Shown: positions 1 through 11,300, counted from the first letter of the stretch. The stretch: 32,000 nt of DNA from Alphaproteobacteria bacterium (GCA_031549385.1 JAVBPW010000001.1:6142-38141); one strand, 5' to 3'. Notes: a model not told the origin generated them from the sequence alone. Made by a program: numbers and translations.

Positions 1-1887
1 TCTTTCCCATTAAATCTTCAACTAGTTTTTTAGTACGCCCAGCATCTTCCATATCTTCTTCTGTTCTGTTTGGAATTACTACTCTTACTAATTGACGAGT
101 CTTTGGATTCATTGTTGTATCTTTTAATTGATCTGAATTCATTTCACCCAAACCTTTAAAGCGAGAGGTTTCATACTTTCTGTTTTTAAATTCTTTTTCT
201 ATTATTTCATTTAATTCTTTATCTGTTTTTGCATAAAAACTTTTTCCACCACCTGATATTTTATATAATGGAGGTAGTGCTATATATAAATGTCCATTAG
301 AAATTAATTCTGGCATTTGTTTATAAAAGAATGTCATTAATAATGAAGCAATATGTGCACCGTCTACGTCGGCATCAGTCATTATGATTACTCTTGTGTA
401 TCTTAATTTTTCAATATCAAAATCTTTTCCGAGTCCACAACCTAATGCTTCCGCTATATCTGATAGTTCTTTATTTTCATCTATCTTATCTTTTGATGAT
501 GATGCTACGTTTAAAATTTTTCCGCGTAATGGTAATATAGCTTGAAGCTCACGATTACGTGATTGCTTTGCAGTACCACCAGCTGAGTCTCCTTCTACTA
601 TAAATATTTCTGTGTTCTCTCTTGTCTTAGATGAACAGTCCGTTAATTTACCTGGAAGACGGAGTCTTTTTGTTGCACTTTTTCGCGCAATATCTTTTTC
701 TTTACGAGATCTTAATCTTGATTCTGCTACTTCAATTATATCGTCTAATAATAATGTAGATGCTTTTGTGTTTTGTGTTAGATATAAATCTATCGAATCC
801 TTTAATGCATTTTCAATTAACTTTATAACTTCTGGTGAAGATAATTTTTCTTTTGTTTGACCTTGGAACTGTGGAGTCTTATAAAATAATGAAAGTAAAC
901 AACAAGCGTCAGAAAATAAATCATCTGTTGTAATTATTTCTGCTTTCTTATTTCCTATCATTGCTCCAAAACTTTTTAAACATTTTAATGCAATGGATTT
1001 AAAACCACTTTCATGTGATCCACCTTCTGGTGTTGGAACTGTATTACAATATGATGAGAAAAAACTTTCTCTGCTTGTACACCAATTTAATGCCCATTCT
1101 ATTTTACCTTGTTCGTTTGGTAAACATGATACTCCACAAAATTGTGATGGCATTAAACATTCTTTTCCTTTTAATGACTCTGATAAGAAATCAGATAAAC
1201 CATTTGGAAAATAAAATTCATCTGTTGCTGGAATACCCATATCTTCTGTTATTAATTCTGGATTACACTTCCATTCTATTCTTACACCTTTTTCTAAAAA
1301 TGCTTTTGAACGTGCAAGACGATAAATTCTTTTTGGTTTGAATAATATTTTATCTGTAAAAATAGTCGAATCAGGACGGAATGTTACTTTTGTTCCATGA
1401 CCTTTTGCATCACCTAATACTTCTAAACCACCTGTTGGTTTTCCATAAGCAAATGTTTGACGATATTTTTTTCCATCTTTTATTACGATTATTTCCATAA
1501 ATGATGAAAGAGCATTTACTACTGATGAACCTACCCCATGTAAACCACCTGAAGTTTGATAGCTTTTTGAGCCTGAAAATTTTCCACCTGAATGAAGAGT
1601 CGTTAAAATTACTTCAAGTGCTGATTTATTTGGAAATTTTGGATGTGGATCAACCGGAATACCACGACCATCATCTGTAATTGATATTAAATTGTCTTCT
1701 GAAAGTTCAATTGTTATTTTTTTTGCAAAACCCGCTACTGCCTCATCCATAGCATTATCCAAAATTTCAGATACTAAATGATGATAGGCATTTTCGTCCG
1801 TTCCACCGATATACATACCTGGACGTTGACGAACTGGCTCTAAACCTTCTAATACTTCTATATCTTTTGCACTATATGAATTCACTA
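1..1887 (-). CDS. parE: DNA topoisomerase IV subunit B (type IIA topoisomerase B subunit); 3' end runs off the left edge
   Basis: Absent from the ORF track because it is open to the window edge. My minus-strand translation from GTG at 1887 reads (V)[53 protein letters not shown]. Minus strand 1560-1500 reads [19 protein letters not shown], the GyrB/ParE GHKL ATPase signature. I associate the YIGGTD form with alphaproteobacterial ParE, so parE versus gyrB is a judgement call. Confidence 0.85.
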
Positions 1888-1968
1888 CGCAATTTCCTTT
1901 ATTTTCCAGTCTATTATATAAATTGGGATTTCTTTTTCAAGAACTTTAAAAGATATTTTTCTCATTTG

Positions 1969-1996
1969 CTTGATTTTTCTGAAAAATATCTTATAT
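1969..1996 (+). promoter_or_regulatory. Candidate RpoH (sigma-32) type promoter upstream of dnaJ
   Basis: CTTG (1969-1972), 17 nt, then CTTATAT (1990-1996) fits the alphaproteobacterial heat-shock consensus CTTG-N17-CYTATNT. It would leave only about 5 nt of leader before the dnaJ ATG and no RBS, so this is a weak call. Confidence 0.3.
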
Positions 1997-2007
1997 TTCT
2001 ACTTACT

Positions 2008-3132
2008 ATGTCGAAAGATTATTATGAAATTTTAGGAGTATCAAAAACAGCTAGCGACGATGAGCTTAAGAAAGCTTATCGTAAATTGGCTATGAAATAT
2101 CACCCTGATAAAAATCCGGGAGATAAAGAAGCTGAACAAAAATTTAAAGAAATTAGTACTGCTTATGATACTTTGAAGGATAAAAATAAAAGAGCTCAAT
2201 ATGATCAATTTGGAGAAGCTGGGGTAAATAACGGTTCTTCTGGATATGGTGGTGGAAATTCTTCTGGCTTTAATGGGTTTAATGATTTTGGTAGCGGATT
2301 TAGTGGAAATGATTTTTCAGACATATTCGAAAATATATTCTCAGAAATGATGGGCGGAATGGGAAATCGAGGAAGACGTAAGAAACCTTCTAATAAAGGC
2401 GCAGATCTTTCTTATCATATGACTATTTCTTTATCTGATGCTTATCACGGTGTTACTCACACACTTTCTGTTTCTAAAAATAATACTTGTTCTAAATGTC
2501 ATGGAACTGGGTCTAATGATGGAAAAGCTTCTACTATTACTTGTCCTAAATGTGGCGGAGCTGGCGTGCTTCAAATGCGTCAGGGATTTTTCGTAACTCA
2601 AGTTATTTGTGATGAATGTAACGGCTCTGGAACAGTTGTTAAAGATCCTTGCACAAAATGTGGTGGAACTGGAACAGAATATGGGGATAAAAAATTAGAA
2701 ATTAAAATTCCTGCTGGAATCGATACAGGAATGAAAATAAAATTAACAGGTGAAGGTGATGCAGGACTTAGAGGCGGCGAACCTGGTAATCTTTATATTA
2801 TTATAGATGTTAAAAACGATAAAATATTTAAACGTGAAGGTGATGATCTTTATGCTGATGTAGATGTTCCATTTACTACTGCTATTATGGGTGGAGATAT
2901 TGAATTGAAACATATTAGCGGCGAAGAATTTAATGTTAAAATTCCTGCTGGAACAAATCCTGAAACTCAACTTAGATTGAAAGATAAAGGTATGCTTAAA
3001 TTACAATCTTCTTATTTTGGAAATTGCTATATCACTGTTAAAGTAAAAATGCCTAAGAAAATTTCTAAGAAACAAGCTGATCTTTTAAAAGAATTTGAAG
3101 CCGAAGGCAAAAAATCTAAGAGTTGGTTTTAG
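2008..3132 (+). CDS. dnaJ: Molecular chaperone DnaJ (Hsp40)
   Basis: [11 protein letters not shown]...HPDKNPGD J-domain, a Gly/Phe-rich linker, four CxxCxGxG zinc-finger repeats ([32 protein letters not shown]) and a C-terminal substrate-binding domain. The start is moved from the track's 1867 to the ATG at 2008, because the 47-aa extension overlaps parE and is low-complexity. Confidence 0.95.
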   Translation: MSKDYYEILGVSKTASDDELKKAYRKLAMKYHPDKNPGDKEAEQKFKEISTAYDTLKDKNKRAQYDQFGEAGVNNGSSGYGGGNSSGFNGFNDFGSGFSGNDFSDIFENIFSEMMGGMGNRGRRKKPSNKGADLSYHMTISLSDAYHGVTHTLSVSKNNTCSKCHGTGSNDGKASTITCPKCGGAGVLQMRQGFFVTQVICDECNGSGTVVKDPCTKCGGTGTEYGDKKLEIKIPAGIDTGMKIKLTGEGDAGLRGGEPGNLYIIIDVKNDKIFKREGDDLYADVDVPFTTAIMGGDIELKHISGEEFNVKIPAGTNPETQLRLKDKGMLKLQSSYFGNCYITVKVKMPKKISKKQADLLKEFEAEGKKSKSWF

Positions 3133-3150
3133 CAACCTGACGTTGCACGC

Positions 3151-3645
3151 TTAGTTTTTCTTCTTTTTAAAAAATCCTAACACTTTTTTAATCTTTGATA
3201 CTTTTTGTCGGCTGTGACGGGCTTGATATTCGTCTAAACGTTTTTCTAATGGCAATACCCTTATCTTCATTCCTGCAATTTTCATGATTTCATATTCTGA
3301 TGTGTCTAATACTGGTGACCATTTACCATTCTTTTTATATTGATAGTCACCTATTAAATCTATATTAACACCTTTGATTTCATACTTTCCATAACATGAA
3401 CGGTACATATCTGTTTGACTGCATACCGGCTTTTGCTTTCTGTATTCTTTTATAAGTTTATCAACTTTATTACATTGAGATGAGTCCAATGCAATATCTA
3501 TGTCATATGAAACAGGAACATTTACATCTTGAAGTATCAAGGATGTTGATCCTATTAATGTCCATGGTATTTTATTTGGATCTACTTTCTTATAAAATAT
3601 TTTTAATGCGTCTAAAACTTCTTTAAATTCACTTGTATTTTTCAT
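3151..3645 (-). CDS. Small Pol-beta-superfamily nucleotidyltransferase (ANT/Lnu-like size), substrate unknown
   Basis: The track ORF starts at GTG 3651; the ATG at 3645 is more likely. LIGSTSL followed by YDIDIALD fits the G-S...DxD signature of the nucleotidyltransferase fold. At about 164 aa it matches the size of small adenylyltransferases. Confidence 0.5.
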   Translation of the reverse strand: MKNTSEFKEVLDALKIFYKKVDPNKIPWTLIGSTSLILQDVNVPVSYDIDIALDSSQCNKVDKLIKEYRKQKPVCSQTDMYRSCYGKYEIKGVNIDLIGDYQYKKNGKWSPVLDTSEYEIMKIAGMKIRVLPLEKRLDEYQARHSRQKVSKIKKVLGFFKKKKN

Positions 3646-3699
3646 TCGCACAATAGTACTACTTTATAGGAATGTTTTCAATCTTTTGGAGAAATATTT

Positions 3700-3727
3700 T
3701 TAAAAAAGGCTCTTTTTCAGAGCCTTA
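3700..3727 (-). terminator. Rho-independent terminator downstream of the NMO-family gene
   Basis: Minus strand reads AAGGCUCU-gaaaa-AGAGCCUU followed by a U run. Stem arms are 3706-3713 and 3719-3726, and it sits 3 nt after the stop at 3730. Confidence 0.7.
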
Positions 3728-3729
3728 GA

Positions 3730-5118
3730 TTATGCACCTTTTTTGAGTTCCGTGAGGAATTCTTCAATTGTTGGTACTTTCCCGTTAGCAAATAATGGAT
3801 CGTTTGCAAATCTGTATGCACTGTGACCTGAAAACATTAAATTGTTTTCTATATCACCACCATGAGCTACTGCTACTAGTGTCTTTTGAATACAGAAGCT
3901 TCTTGGATCTGGTTCTATCTTTATATCGTCCCTTTCACACCAGCCTGAAAATTTACAGCCAGCTAAACATCCTACACAGGATTTTTGCTCTGCTACTATT
4001 TTCAATGCTTGGCCTGGAGTTTCAAACACTAATGTAGAATCTGGTGTTGGAAGCGGTACGTTAAACCCAGCGTTTGCATATTCTGTTATTTTGTTTAATG
4101 AATCTGTTGATACATATGTATTTTTACCCGACGGTAAAACATATAATTGATCATTTGTTTCATTTGCTTGGTCAGAAAAAGCAACTTGTCTTTCTTTACG
4201 AGCATTTAAATTTCTTACAAATTCATTGTCAATTGCTGATGAATACATTCCAGTTGGTGAGAATTTTTGTAGCTTAATGTCACCTTCTTTTAATGATAAC
4301 ATTTTTTCTCTCCAAGCTTGTGATACTGGAGATTCTTTTGTTAATAGTGGACGAGTTCCTAATTGGAATGCTACTTCGCCTACTTCTGGATTGTTCATAT
4401 ATTGGGTACATTCTGACAATGTCCAAATTCCACCTGCTATGATGATAGGAACTGCTGCGAGTCCTACTGAATTCATGAACTTTCTTAGTTCAACTATACG
4501 GTCGTATGCACTTTCTCTTTTTTTAGGATCTTCAGCACCTGAAATTCCATTATGACCACCTGCTACCCATGGGTCTTCGTATATTACACCACCTAACCAT
4601 TCTTGTGTCTTTTCAAATCCTCTTGACCAGAGGGCTCTGAATGCACGAGCTGATGATACTATTGGTTGATAATGTACTTTGAATTTAGCTGCTATTTCGC
4701 CTAGTTGGTATGGCATTCCTGCCCCTACTGAAATTCCGTGGATTTTACCTTTTGCACGTTCCAATATTCCTTCTAGGATTTCACGAGAATTACTTACACC
4801 CCATAAGATGTTCATCAATATACGACCTTTACCTTGTGATTCTTTGTAAGCTATTTCTGCGTTTGCTACTCCACCTTCTATTGAAAGACGTACTAATTCT
4901 TTATGTCTTTCTTTAGGAGTATCACCTTTTATGATGGCTGGATTGGGATTTCCATTTTCATCGTATGTGTCTGCCATAACTGCACTGAATGTTCCTGCAC
5001 AATCTTGAGCAGCAAAACGGCCAGAAGTTAAACCTGTAGATAATGCTACACCTTTTCCACCCTCGATTATTGGGTCGATAAGTTTACCGGCTATTTTAAC
5101 TTTTTTTAAATTTAACAT
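3730..5118 (-). CDS. Nitronate monooxygenase / FabK-like TIM-barrel flavoprotein family, with a C-terminal Cys cluster
   Basis: 462 aa with GISVGAGMP and PIIIAGGIW motifs typical of the NMO/IMPDH-like FMN barrel family. There is an extra C-terminal region carrying CVGCLAGCKFSGWC...C. An AAGGAG RBS lies upstream of the ATG at 5118. Confidence 0.65.
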   Translation of the reverse strand: MLNLKKVKIAGKLIDPIIEGGKGVALSTGLTSGRFAAQDCAGTFSAVMADTYDENGNPNPAIIKGDTPKERHKELVRLSIEGGVANAEIAYKESQGKGRILMNILWGVSNSREILEGILERAKGKIHGISVGAGMPYQLGEIAAKFKVHYQPIVSSARAFRALWSRGFEKTQEWLGGVIYEDPWVAGGHNGISGAEDPKKRESAYDRIVELRKFMNSVGLAAVPIIIAGGIWTLSECTQYMNNPEVGEVAFQLGTRPLLTKESPVSQAWREKMLSLKEGDIKLQKFSPTGMYSSAIDNEFVRNLNARKERQVAFSDQANETNDQLYVLPSGKNTYVSTDSLNKITEYANAGFNVPLPTPDSTLVFETPGQALKIVAEQKSCVGCLAGCKFSGWCERDDIKIEPDPRSFCIQKTLVAVAHGGDIENNLMFSGHSAYRFANDPLFANGKVPTIEEFLTELKKGA

Positions 5119-5214
5119 TTAAATCTTCTCCTTTGTAATGTTAATTTCGTCCTTATTTCTAGGATAAAAATCTTTATAGCACAAAAAAATTGTGATATAA
5201 AGCAATTTTTTACA

Positions 5215-6216
5215 TTATTTTTTTAAGATTTTTAAGACTTCATCCAATATTCTTGTTATAGATTCTTGTGTATTAAATGCTATATGGGGGGTGATTATTA
5301 CATTTTCAAGCTTCTTTACATCAGAATTTTTTTTCATTATTGAAAGAATCTTCTTTTTAGTAGCTGAATCCTTGCTGGATAGCTCTGATTTTGATGGTTG
5401 AGTTAATACCTCATATTCCATTACATCTGATGCAAAACCTGATACTTTCTTTGATTTTAGAGCATCATATAATACAAAAACGTCTATTAATTCGCCACGA
5501 GCTGTGTTTATTATTAAAACTCCGTTTTTCATCTTAGAAAATAGTTTCTTATCAAACATATGATAATTTTGAGTCGGAATATATGGGCAATGAAGCGAAA
5601 TTATGTCTGAATTCTTTAATAATTCATCTAATTTTGCATATTTTATTTCTTTGCTCTTTTTTATCTCTTTTTCTTTAAATGGATCGTGAGCTAATACTTT
5701 CATATTGAAAGCTAATGCAAGACGAGCCACTTGTTGACCTATTTGACCGTAGCCTATTAAACCTATTGTCTTTCCATGAATATCTGTTCCTATAAAGTTT
5801 GCATAGTCTACTTTTTTGTCTATTTGATGTTGCGCTGCTGGAAGAACTTTTCTTGTTAAAGATAGTAATAATGCAAATGTATATTCTGCTACTGTTATTG
5901 CTCCATAACCTTCTATGTTTTTTACTTGAATGTTTTTAGATTGGCAATAATTTAAATCTATATGATTTGTTCCTGTGGAACGAGTTATTATTAACTTTAA
6001 GTTTGGAAAATTTTTTAATTCTTTTTCTCCAACTTTTGATGTTATGAAAATTGATAACATTTCAACTTGTTTTTGAAGTACTGATAATTTCTTTATTGAT
6101 GATAAATTTAATTCATCTTTTATGTATGTGAAATTATATTTTAGTAAGGTATTCTTTGTAAGGTAGTTTTTTTCTGTTTCCTTACAATCAAAAAATAATA
6201 TGTTTTTCTTTTTCAT
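5215..6216 (-). CDS. D-isomer-specific 2-hydroxyacid dehydrogenase family protein (NAD-binding)
   Basis: 333 aa with a GLIGYGQIGQQVARLA Rossmann motif, HCPY...NTARG and ITPHIAF. This is the typical layout of the D-2-hydroxyacid / phosphoglycerate dehydrogenase family. Confidence 0.8.
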   Translation of the reverse strand: MKKKNILFFDCKETEKNYLTKNTLLKYNFTYIKDELNLSSIKKLSVLQKQVEMLSIFITSKVGEKELKNFPNLKLIITRSTGTNHIDLNYCQSKNIQVKNIEGYGAITVAEYTFALLLSLTRKVLPAAQHQIDKKVDYANFIGTDIHGKTIGLIGYGQIGQQVARLALAFNMKVLAHDPFKEKEIKKSKEIKYAKLDELLKNSDIISLHCPYIPTQNYHMFDKKLFSKMKNGVLIINTARGELIDVFVLYDALKSKKVSGFASDVMEYEVLTQPSKSELSSKDSATKKKILSIMKKNSDVKKLENVIITPHIAFNTQESITRILDEVLKILKK

Positions 6217-6260
6217 GATACGCTGTATTTTATCATATTTTTAATATGCTTTCAAGAACA

Positions 6261-6289
6261 CAAAAAATGGCAAGAAATAATCTTGCCAT
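6261..6289 (-). terminator. Rho-independent terminator downstream of thyA
   Basis: Minus strand reads AUGGCAAGA-uuauu-UCUUGCCAU followed by UUUUU. Stem arms are 6267-6275 and 6281-6289, directly after the thyA stop at 6292. Confidence 0.7.
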
Positions 6290-6291
6290 AA

Positions 6292-7071
6292 TTAAACCGC
6301 GATTGGAGCTTTAATGCCTGGATGAGGATTATACCCTACCACTTCAAAGTCTTCGTAAACAAAGTCTTCAATATCTTCTACCTTACGCTTAATTATAAGC
6401 TGAGGCAGTGGACGAGGCTCCCGAGTAAGTTGTAATCTTACTTGTTCTTGATGATTGTCATAAATATGAAGGTCACCATAGGTGTGGACAAAATCTCCTA
6501 CTTCATAATTACACACATGAGCAATCATGTGAGTCAACAAAGCATATGATGCTATGTTAAATGGAACACCAAGAAAAGTATCACAACTTCTTTGATACAA
6601 TTGACACGAAAGAGTACCTTCATACACATACCATTGAAATAAACAATGACATGGAGGAAGTTTCATTAAAGGAATTTCTGGAGGGTTCCATGCACAAATT
6701 ACATTTTGTCGGGAATTAGGATTGTTTTTGAGTTTTTCTATTGATTCTTTCAATTGATCAACCCCTCCGCAATTTCTCCATTGTTTTCCATACACGGGAC
6801 CTAGGTCACCGTTTTCATCTGCCCATTCGTCCCAAATTGTTACTCTGTTATCATTAAGATACTTTATATTAGTATCTCCTTTTATAAACCACAAAAGTTC
6901 ATAAATAATTGATCGCAAATGTAGCTTTTTGGTAGTCATGAGCGGAAAGCCTTCCTTTAAATCATATCTGGCTTGATAGCCAAATACACTTTGTGTGCCA
7001 GTACCTGTACGATCTTCTTTGAACACTCCTTTATCAAGGATATGTTGCAACATATCTAAATACTGTTTCAT
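6292..7071 (-). CDS. thyA: Thymidylate synthase (ThyA type)
   Basis: [15 protein letters not shown]...EDRTGTGT...LPPCH..FQWYV...QRSCD. The canonical ThyA motifs are present, including the catalytic Cys in PPCH. Length is 259 aa. Confidence 0.97.
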   Translation of the reverse strand: MKQYLDMLQHILDKGVFKEDRTGTGTQSVFGYQARYDLKEGFPLMTTKKLHLRSIIYELLWFIKGDTNIKYLNDNRVTIWDEWADENGDLGPVYGKQWRNCGGVDQLKESIEKLKNNPNSRQNVICAWNPPEIPLMKLPPCHCLFQWYVYEGTLSCQLYQRSCDTFLGVPFNIASYALLTHMIAHVCNYEVGDFVHTYGDLHIYDNHQEQVRLQLTREPRPLPQLIIKRKVEDIEDFVYEDFEVVGYNPHPGIKAPIAV

Positions 7072-7186
7072 TTTTTAAAATTTGATTATTTACTTTTGAT
7101 TTTAGTTTTGTTGACATTTTAGTTTCTTTTTTGGAAAAAGCAATTATTTTATTGCCTGTTAGTTTTTTATCAGCAATAATAAGGAC

Positions 7187-8344
7187 ATGAAAAATTATGA
7201 TGTAATTATTATTGGCGCTGGTGCTGCTGGATTAATGTGCGGCGGGAAGATTAAATCTGCATCTGTACTTATTATTGATTCTTCTTCTGAAATTGGAAAA
7301 AAGTTAAAAATATCTGGAGGAGGAAAATGTAATTTTACTAATAAATATCTTAGTGATGCTAATTACATCAGTCATAATCCTAAATTTTTGAAATCTGTTT
7401 TATCTAAATTCAAACCTGAAAATATTACTTCTTTGCTTGATAAATATAGTATTTCATATGGAGAGAAAAAATTAGGGCAATTGTTTGCTACAACTTCTTT
7501 GGATATTATCAATATGCTTAAATCTGAATTAGGGGATAATGTTGAATTTTCTTTAGAAAATATTGTTGAGAAAATTAAAAAGATAGATGATGGATTTGAA
7601 ATAAAAACTTCTTCTGGCAATTTTAATTGTAAAAAACTTGTTATTGCAACTGGGGGAGCATCATATAAAAACTTAGGAGCTTCTGACTTTGCTTTGAAGT
7701 TAGCTCAACAGTTTGGAATTAAATACTATGAATTTACCCCTGCTCTTGTGCCACTTACTTTTTCTTCTTGGAATGATAGTTTGATGGGAGTTTCTTTTAA
7801 AACTCAAGTTTGCTTTAATAAAATATGTTTTGTTGATGATATTTTGTTTACTCATTTTGGATTAAGTGGACCTGCTGTGCTTCAAATATCTTCTTATGTT
7901 AAACAAGGGGAAAATATTTCTGTTAACTTTTTACCTGGAGAAAATGTTAAAAAGCTTTTAATGGAAATAAAAAAATCTGATGGTAAAAAAAGTTTGTGGC
8001 AAATTTTTTCTGAAAAAATGCCTAAAAAACTTTTGGAGTTTTTGCTTGCAGGATTTGATAGTAAAACGTCTTTAAATCAAATGTCTGATAAAATTCTTGA
8101 AGCAGTTGCTGCTAAATTATCTCATTTTGAATTAAAGGTTGCTGGAAATAAAGGTTTTGATATGGCTGAAGTTTGTCTTGGCGGAATTGACCTTAATGAA
8201 ATAGATAATAAGTTTGAAGTGAAAAAAGTTAAAGGACTTTATTTTATAGGTGAATGCTTAGATATTACTGGTCAACTTGGTGGGTTTAATATTCATAATG
8301 CTTTTGCTAATGGAGCTATTTGTGGTGAGGCATTGAATGAATAA
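7187..8344 (+). CDS. HI0933/BaiN-like FAD-dependent oxidoreductase
   Basis: DVIIIGAGAAGLMCG dinucleotide fold, the SGGGKCNFTN motif characteristic of the HI0933 family, and a C-terminal GGFNIHNAF. Length is 385 aa. Confidence 0.8.
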   Translation: MKNYDVIIIGAGAAGLMCGGKIKSASVLIIDSSSEIGKKLKISGGGKCNFTNKYLSDANYISHNPKFLKSVLSKFKPENITSLLDKYSISYGEKKLGQLFATTSLDIINMLKSELGDNVEFSLENIVEKIKKIDDGFEIKTSSGNFNCKKLVIATGGASYKNLGASDFALKLAQQFGIKYYEFTPALVPLTFSSWNDSLMGVSFKTQVCFNKICFVDDILFTHFGLSGPAVLQISSYVKQGENISVNFLPGENVKKLLMEIKKSDGKKSLWQIFSEKMPKKLLEFLLAGFDSKTSLNQMSDKILEAVAAKLSHFELKVAGNKGFDMAEVCLGGIDLNEIDNKFEVKKVKGLYFIGECLDITGQLGGFNIHNAFANGAICGEALNE

Positions 8345-11300
8345 ACTTGCAACTGAAATTCAAAATAAAGCTTCGAATCCTACTATATCTGCTTGGGTAG
8401 ATGCTTCTGCTGGAACTGGAAAGACTAAAGTTTTAACTGATAGAATTTTGAAGATACTTCTTTATGGCGGAGATATTTCAAAAATACTTTGTATTACATA
8501 TACAAAAAATAGCGCTAATGAAATGCTTAATCGATTGATTGAGACTTCTAAGAAATGGGCTATGATGAATGATGAAAAGTTGAAATGTGAATTGGGTAAT
8601 ATATTAGAAGATGAGTATATAAATGATGAGCTAATTTTAAAGGCTAGAACTTTATTTGCTGTTGTTTGCGAAAATATTGAAAGCATTAAAATTAAAACTA
8701 TTCACTCTTTTTGTGAAGAAATATTAAAGAAATTTCCTGTGGAAGCTGGAATTAATCCTCATTTTAAAAATATTCCTGAAAATGAACGAAAAGCATTTTT
8801 GAAAAATGTTATTAATGAAATATTCAAACAAAATGATGTTCAAGTTTTAGACCAAATAAGCTACTTAGCTTCATTTATTAACCAAGATGCGTTTGGAGAT
8901 ATTCAAAAAGATATTATTAGTAATGCTAATAAATTTGAAGAATTATTTAAGACTGATTTTAAAACTATTGATAATAAACTTAGAAAAACTCTTGAAATCA
9001 AAGAGACTGATTTAGATAAAATTAAGTTAGATTTTATAAAAAATCATATCGGACTGTTTAATGGGTTTGTTAACATTTCTTCTGCTCTTAGTGAGACTGC
9101 AAAAAAGTATGGAAGAGAATTATCAGAATTCTTATTACTTAATGATATTGATAAAATCAGAAACTTTAATTCTGTTGTTAGCATTTTTTTAACCGGAGAT
9201 AAAACTGTTAGAAAGACTCCTAAAGAAGATAATTTTCAAAATTTGGCCAATAAGGTTTTTGAATTTTATAAAGTTTTTGTTAATATTAATGTTTATAATC
9301 AATCAAAAGCTGTTCTTATTATTGCCAAGAAATTCTTAGACCAATATAAACAAGAAAAAGAAAAACAAGGGTTGCTTGATTTTGATGATTTAATTTCTAA
9401 AACTCTTGCTCTTTTGACTAAAAAAGATATTTCTTCTTGGGTTATTTATAAAATGAATGGCGGAATTTCTCATATTCTTCTTGATGAAGCTCAAGATACT
9501 TCACCCTATCAGTGGAAAATTATTGATGCTATATCTGAGAACTTTTTTGAAACTAATCCAAGAAATTTTGCTGAGTTTAAATCTATATTTATTGTGGGAG
9601 ATAGAAAGCAATCTATTTATTCTTTCCAAGGAGCGGATGTAGAAAACTTTGAAAAGTATTTTAAATATTTAGAAGATAAAATTGATAATTCTGATTATAA
9701 ATTTAAAAAAGTTGATATGAATGTATCTTTCCGTTCATCTGAGACTGTTTTGAATTTCGTTGATGAAGTGTTTAAAAAAGATGAAATTCTTAAAGGTGTT
9801 TCTTTAGATAAAGTTAAGCATATTAACGGAAAAGAACTTAACGGAAGAGTTGAACTTTACCCACATATCAAATTAAATGAAAAAGTCAAAAAAGACTATA
9901 TTGAAGGACATTTTGACGAAAAGTTTTATGAAAATAACTATTTGAATTTGGCGAAAGCTATTGCAATTAAGATTAGAAATCTTTTAGATAGCAAAATATA
10001 TCTTGCTGATCAAAAGAGATATTTATCAGAACAAGATATTATAATACTTGTTAAAAGCAGAAATAGAATTGTGAGCTATTTAAACAAAGAACTTAAAAAT
10101 CTTGATATAGAATTTGAAGGAATCGATAAATTTAAACTGCTTGATGATATGGCTACTGAAGATTTGCTTGCTTGCGGAAAATTTGCAGTGTTTCCTTTTG
10201 ATGATTTGAATTTAGCAGGTCTTTTTAAATCTCCACTAATTGGCGGAAGCGAAAAGGAACTTTTTGATCTGTGTTATGGACGTGGGGGAGAAAGCCTTTG
10301 GGATAGGATTTTAAATTCTTCTGATGTTGAAATCGCTAAAAAAAGAACAAAGTTACAGAAAATATATGAACATAGAAATGATACGCCGTTTGAATTTTAT
10401 TCATTTGTTTTAAATAAACTTGATGGAAAAAAATTATTGCTTAAAAGGCTCTCTATGGCTGCTCTTGATAGTATAAACTATTTTATAAATACAGCGCTTG
10501 AATGGAATAATAAAATTGTTTCTGATTTGTCTTCTTTCTTAGACTTCATTGTTAATGGAGATATAGAAATTAAACGTGAGGGACAAGGTAATAAACAAAA
10601 TGGCGTTAAAATCCTTACTGTTCATGGAGCTAAAGGACTTGAAGGACAATATGTGTTTCTAGCTGATACTTGTAAAGTTAAAAGCAATAAAGCTGAAGAT
10701 AAGTTTATATTTGATGAAGAATTGTTTTTTTGGTTCGTTAATAAGAGCTTTGTTAATGAACAAATTGAAAATTCTTTAGCTCATCAATCAGAAAAAGATA
10801 TGGAAGAATATAAAAGATTGCTTTATGTTGCTTTAACTAGAGCTAAAAGAAATCTATATATATTTGGATTAGAAAAGTGCGAGAAGAATTCTTGGTATGA
10901 AATACTTAGAGATACTTTTAATTCTTTAGATAAGAAAAAGATTGAAAGTGTTCCTGAATATTTGGCTGAATATTATGAAGAAGATGCTAAGATACTTTCT
11001 GTGGAAAATATTGTGGAAGAAGTATCTGAAATTATTGAAGAGAAAATTGAAAAGAAAAAAGAAAGTAATTTCAACTATCCTCAAGAACCTGAAATTGAAA
11101 CACCTGTTTTAAAGAATGACGTTGAGTTAGATAAAAATGAAGAATCTATTAGAATAGGAAATATTATTCATAAAATTATGCAAAATGTTTCTCAAATACC
11201 TGAAGATATTAGGCTAGATTGGGTTAGTGAAAAAATTGAAAATTCTGATTTAAATGATAATCAAAAAGAAGATTTTAATAATAGTTTGAAAACTATTTTA

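Noticed and set aside
612-1341. Plus-strand ORFs (82, 73 and 108 aa) antisense to parE, and similar antisense or nested ORFs throughout. Examples: 2743-2970, 3795-4916, 7372-7620, 8462-8686, 9457-9642, 11752-11970, 12412-12630, 13126-13380, 13821-14332, 15258-15452, 16178-16717, 17474-17656, 18194-18385, 19469-19723, 20003-20227, 21272-21641, 24582-25055, 25216-25494, 27013-27198, 27509-27829, 29554-29805, 30103-30363 and 31343-31684.
   Set aside because: Each lies inside, and mostly opposite to, a longer ORF with recognisable homology. They have Leu/Phe/Ile-rich low-complexity translations typical of AT-rich antisense frames and lack RBSs.
1867-2007. 47-aa N-terminal extension of DnaJ given by the ORF track
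   Set aside because: It overlaps the parE start and is low-complexity. The canonical J-domain start [11 protein letters not shown] begins at 2008.
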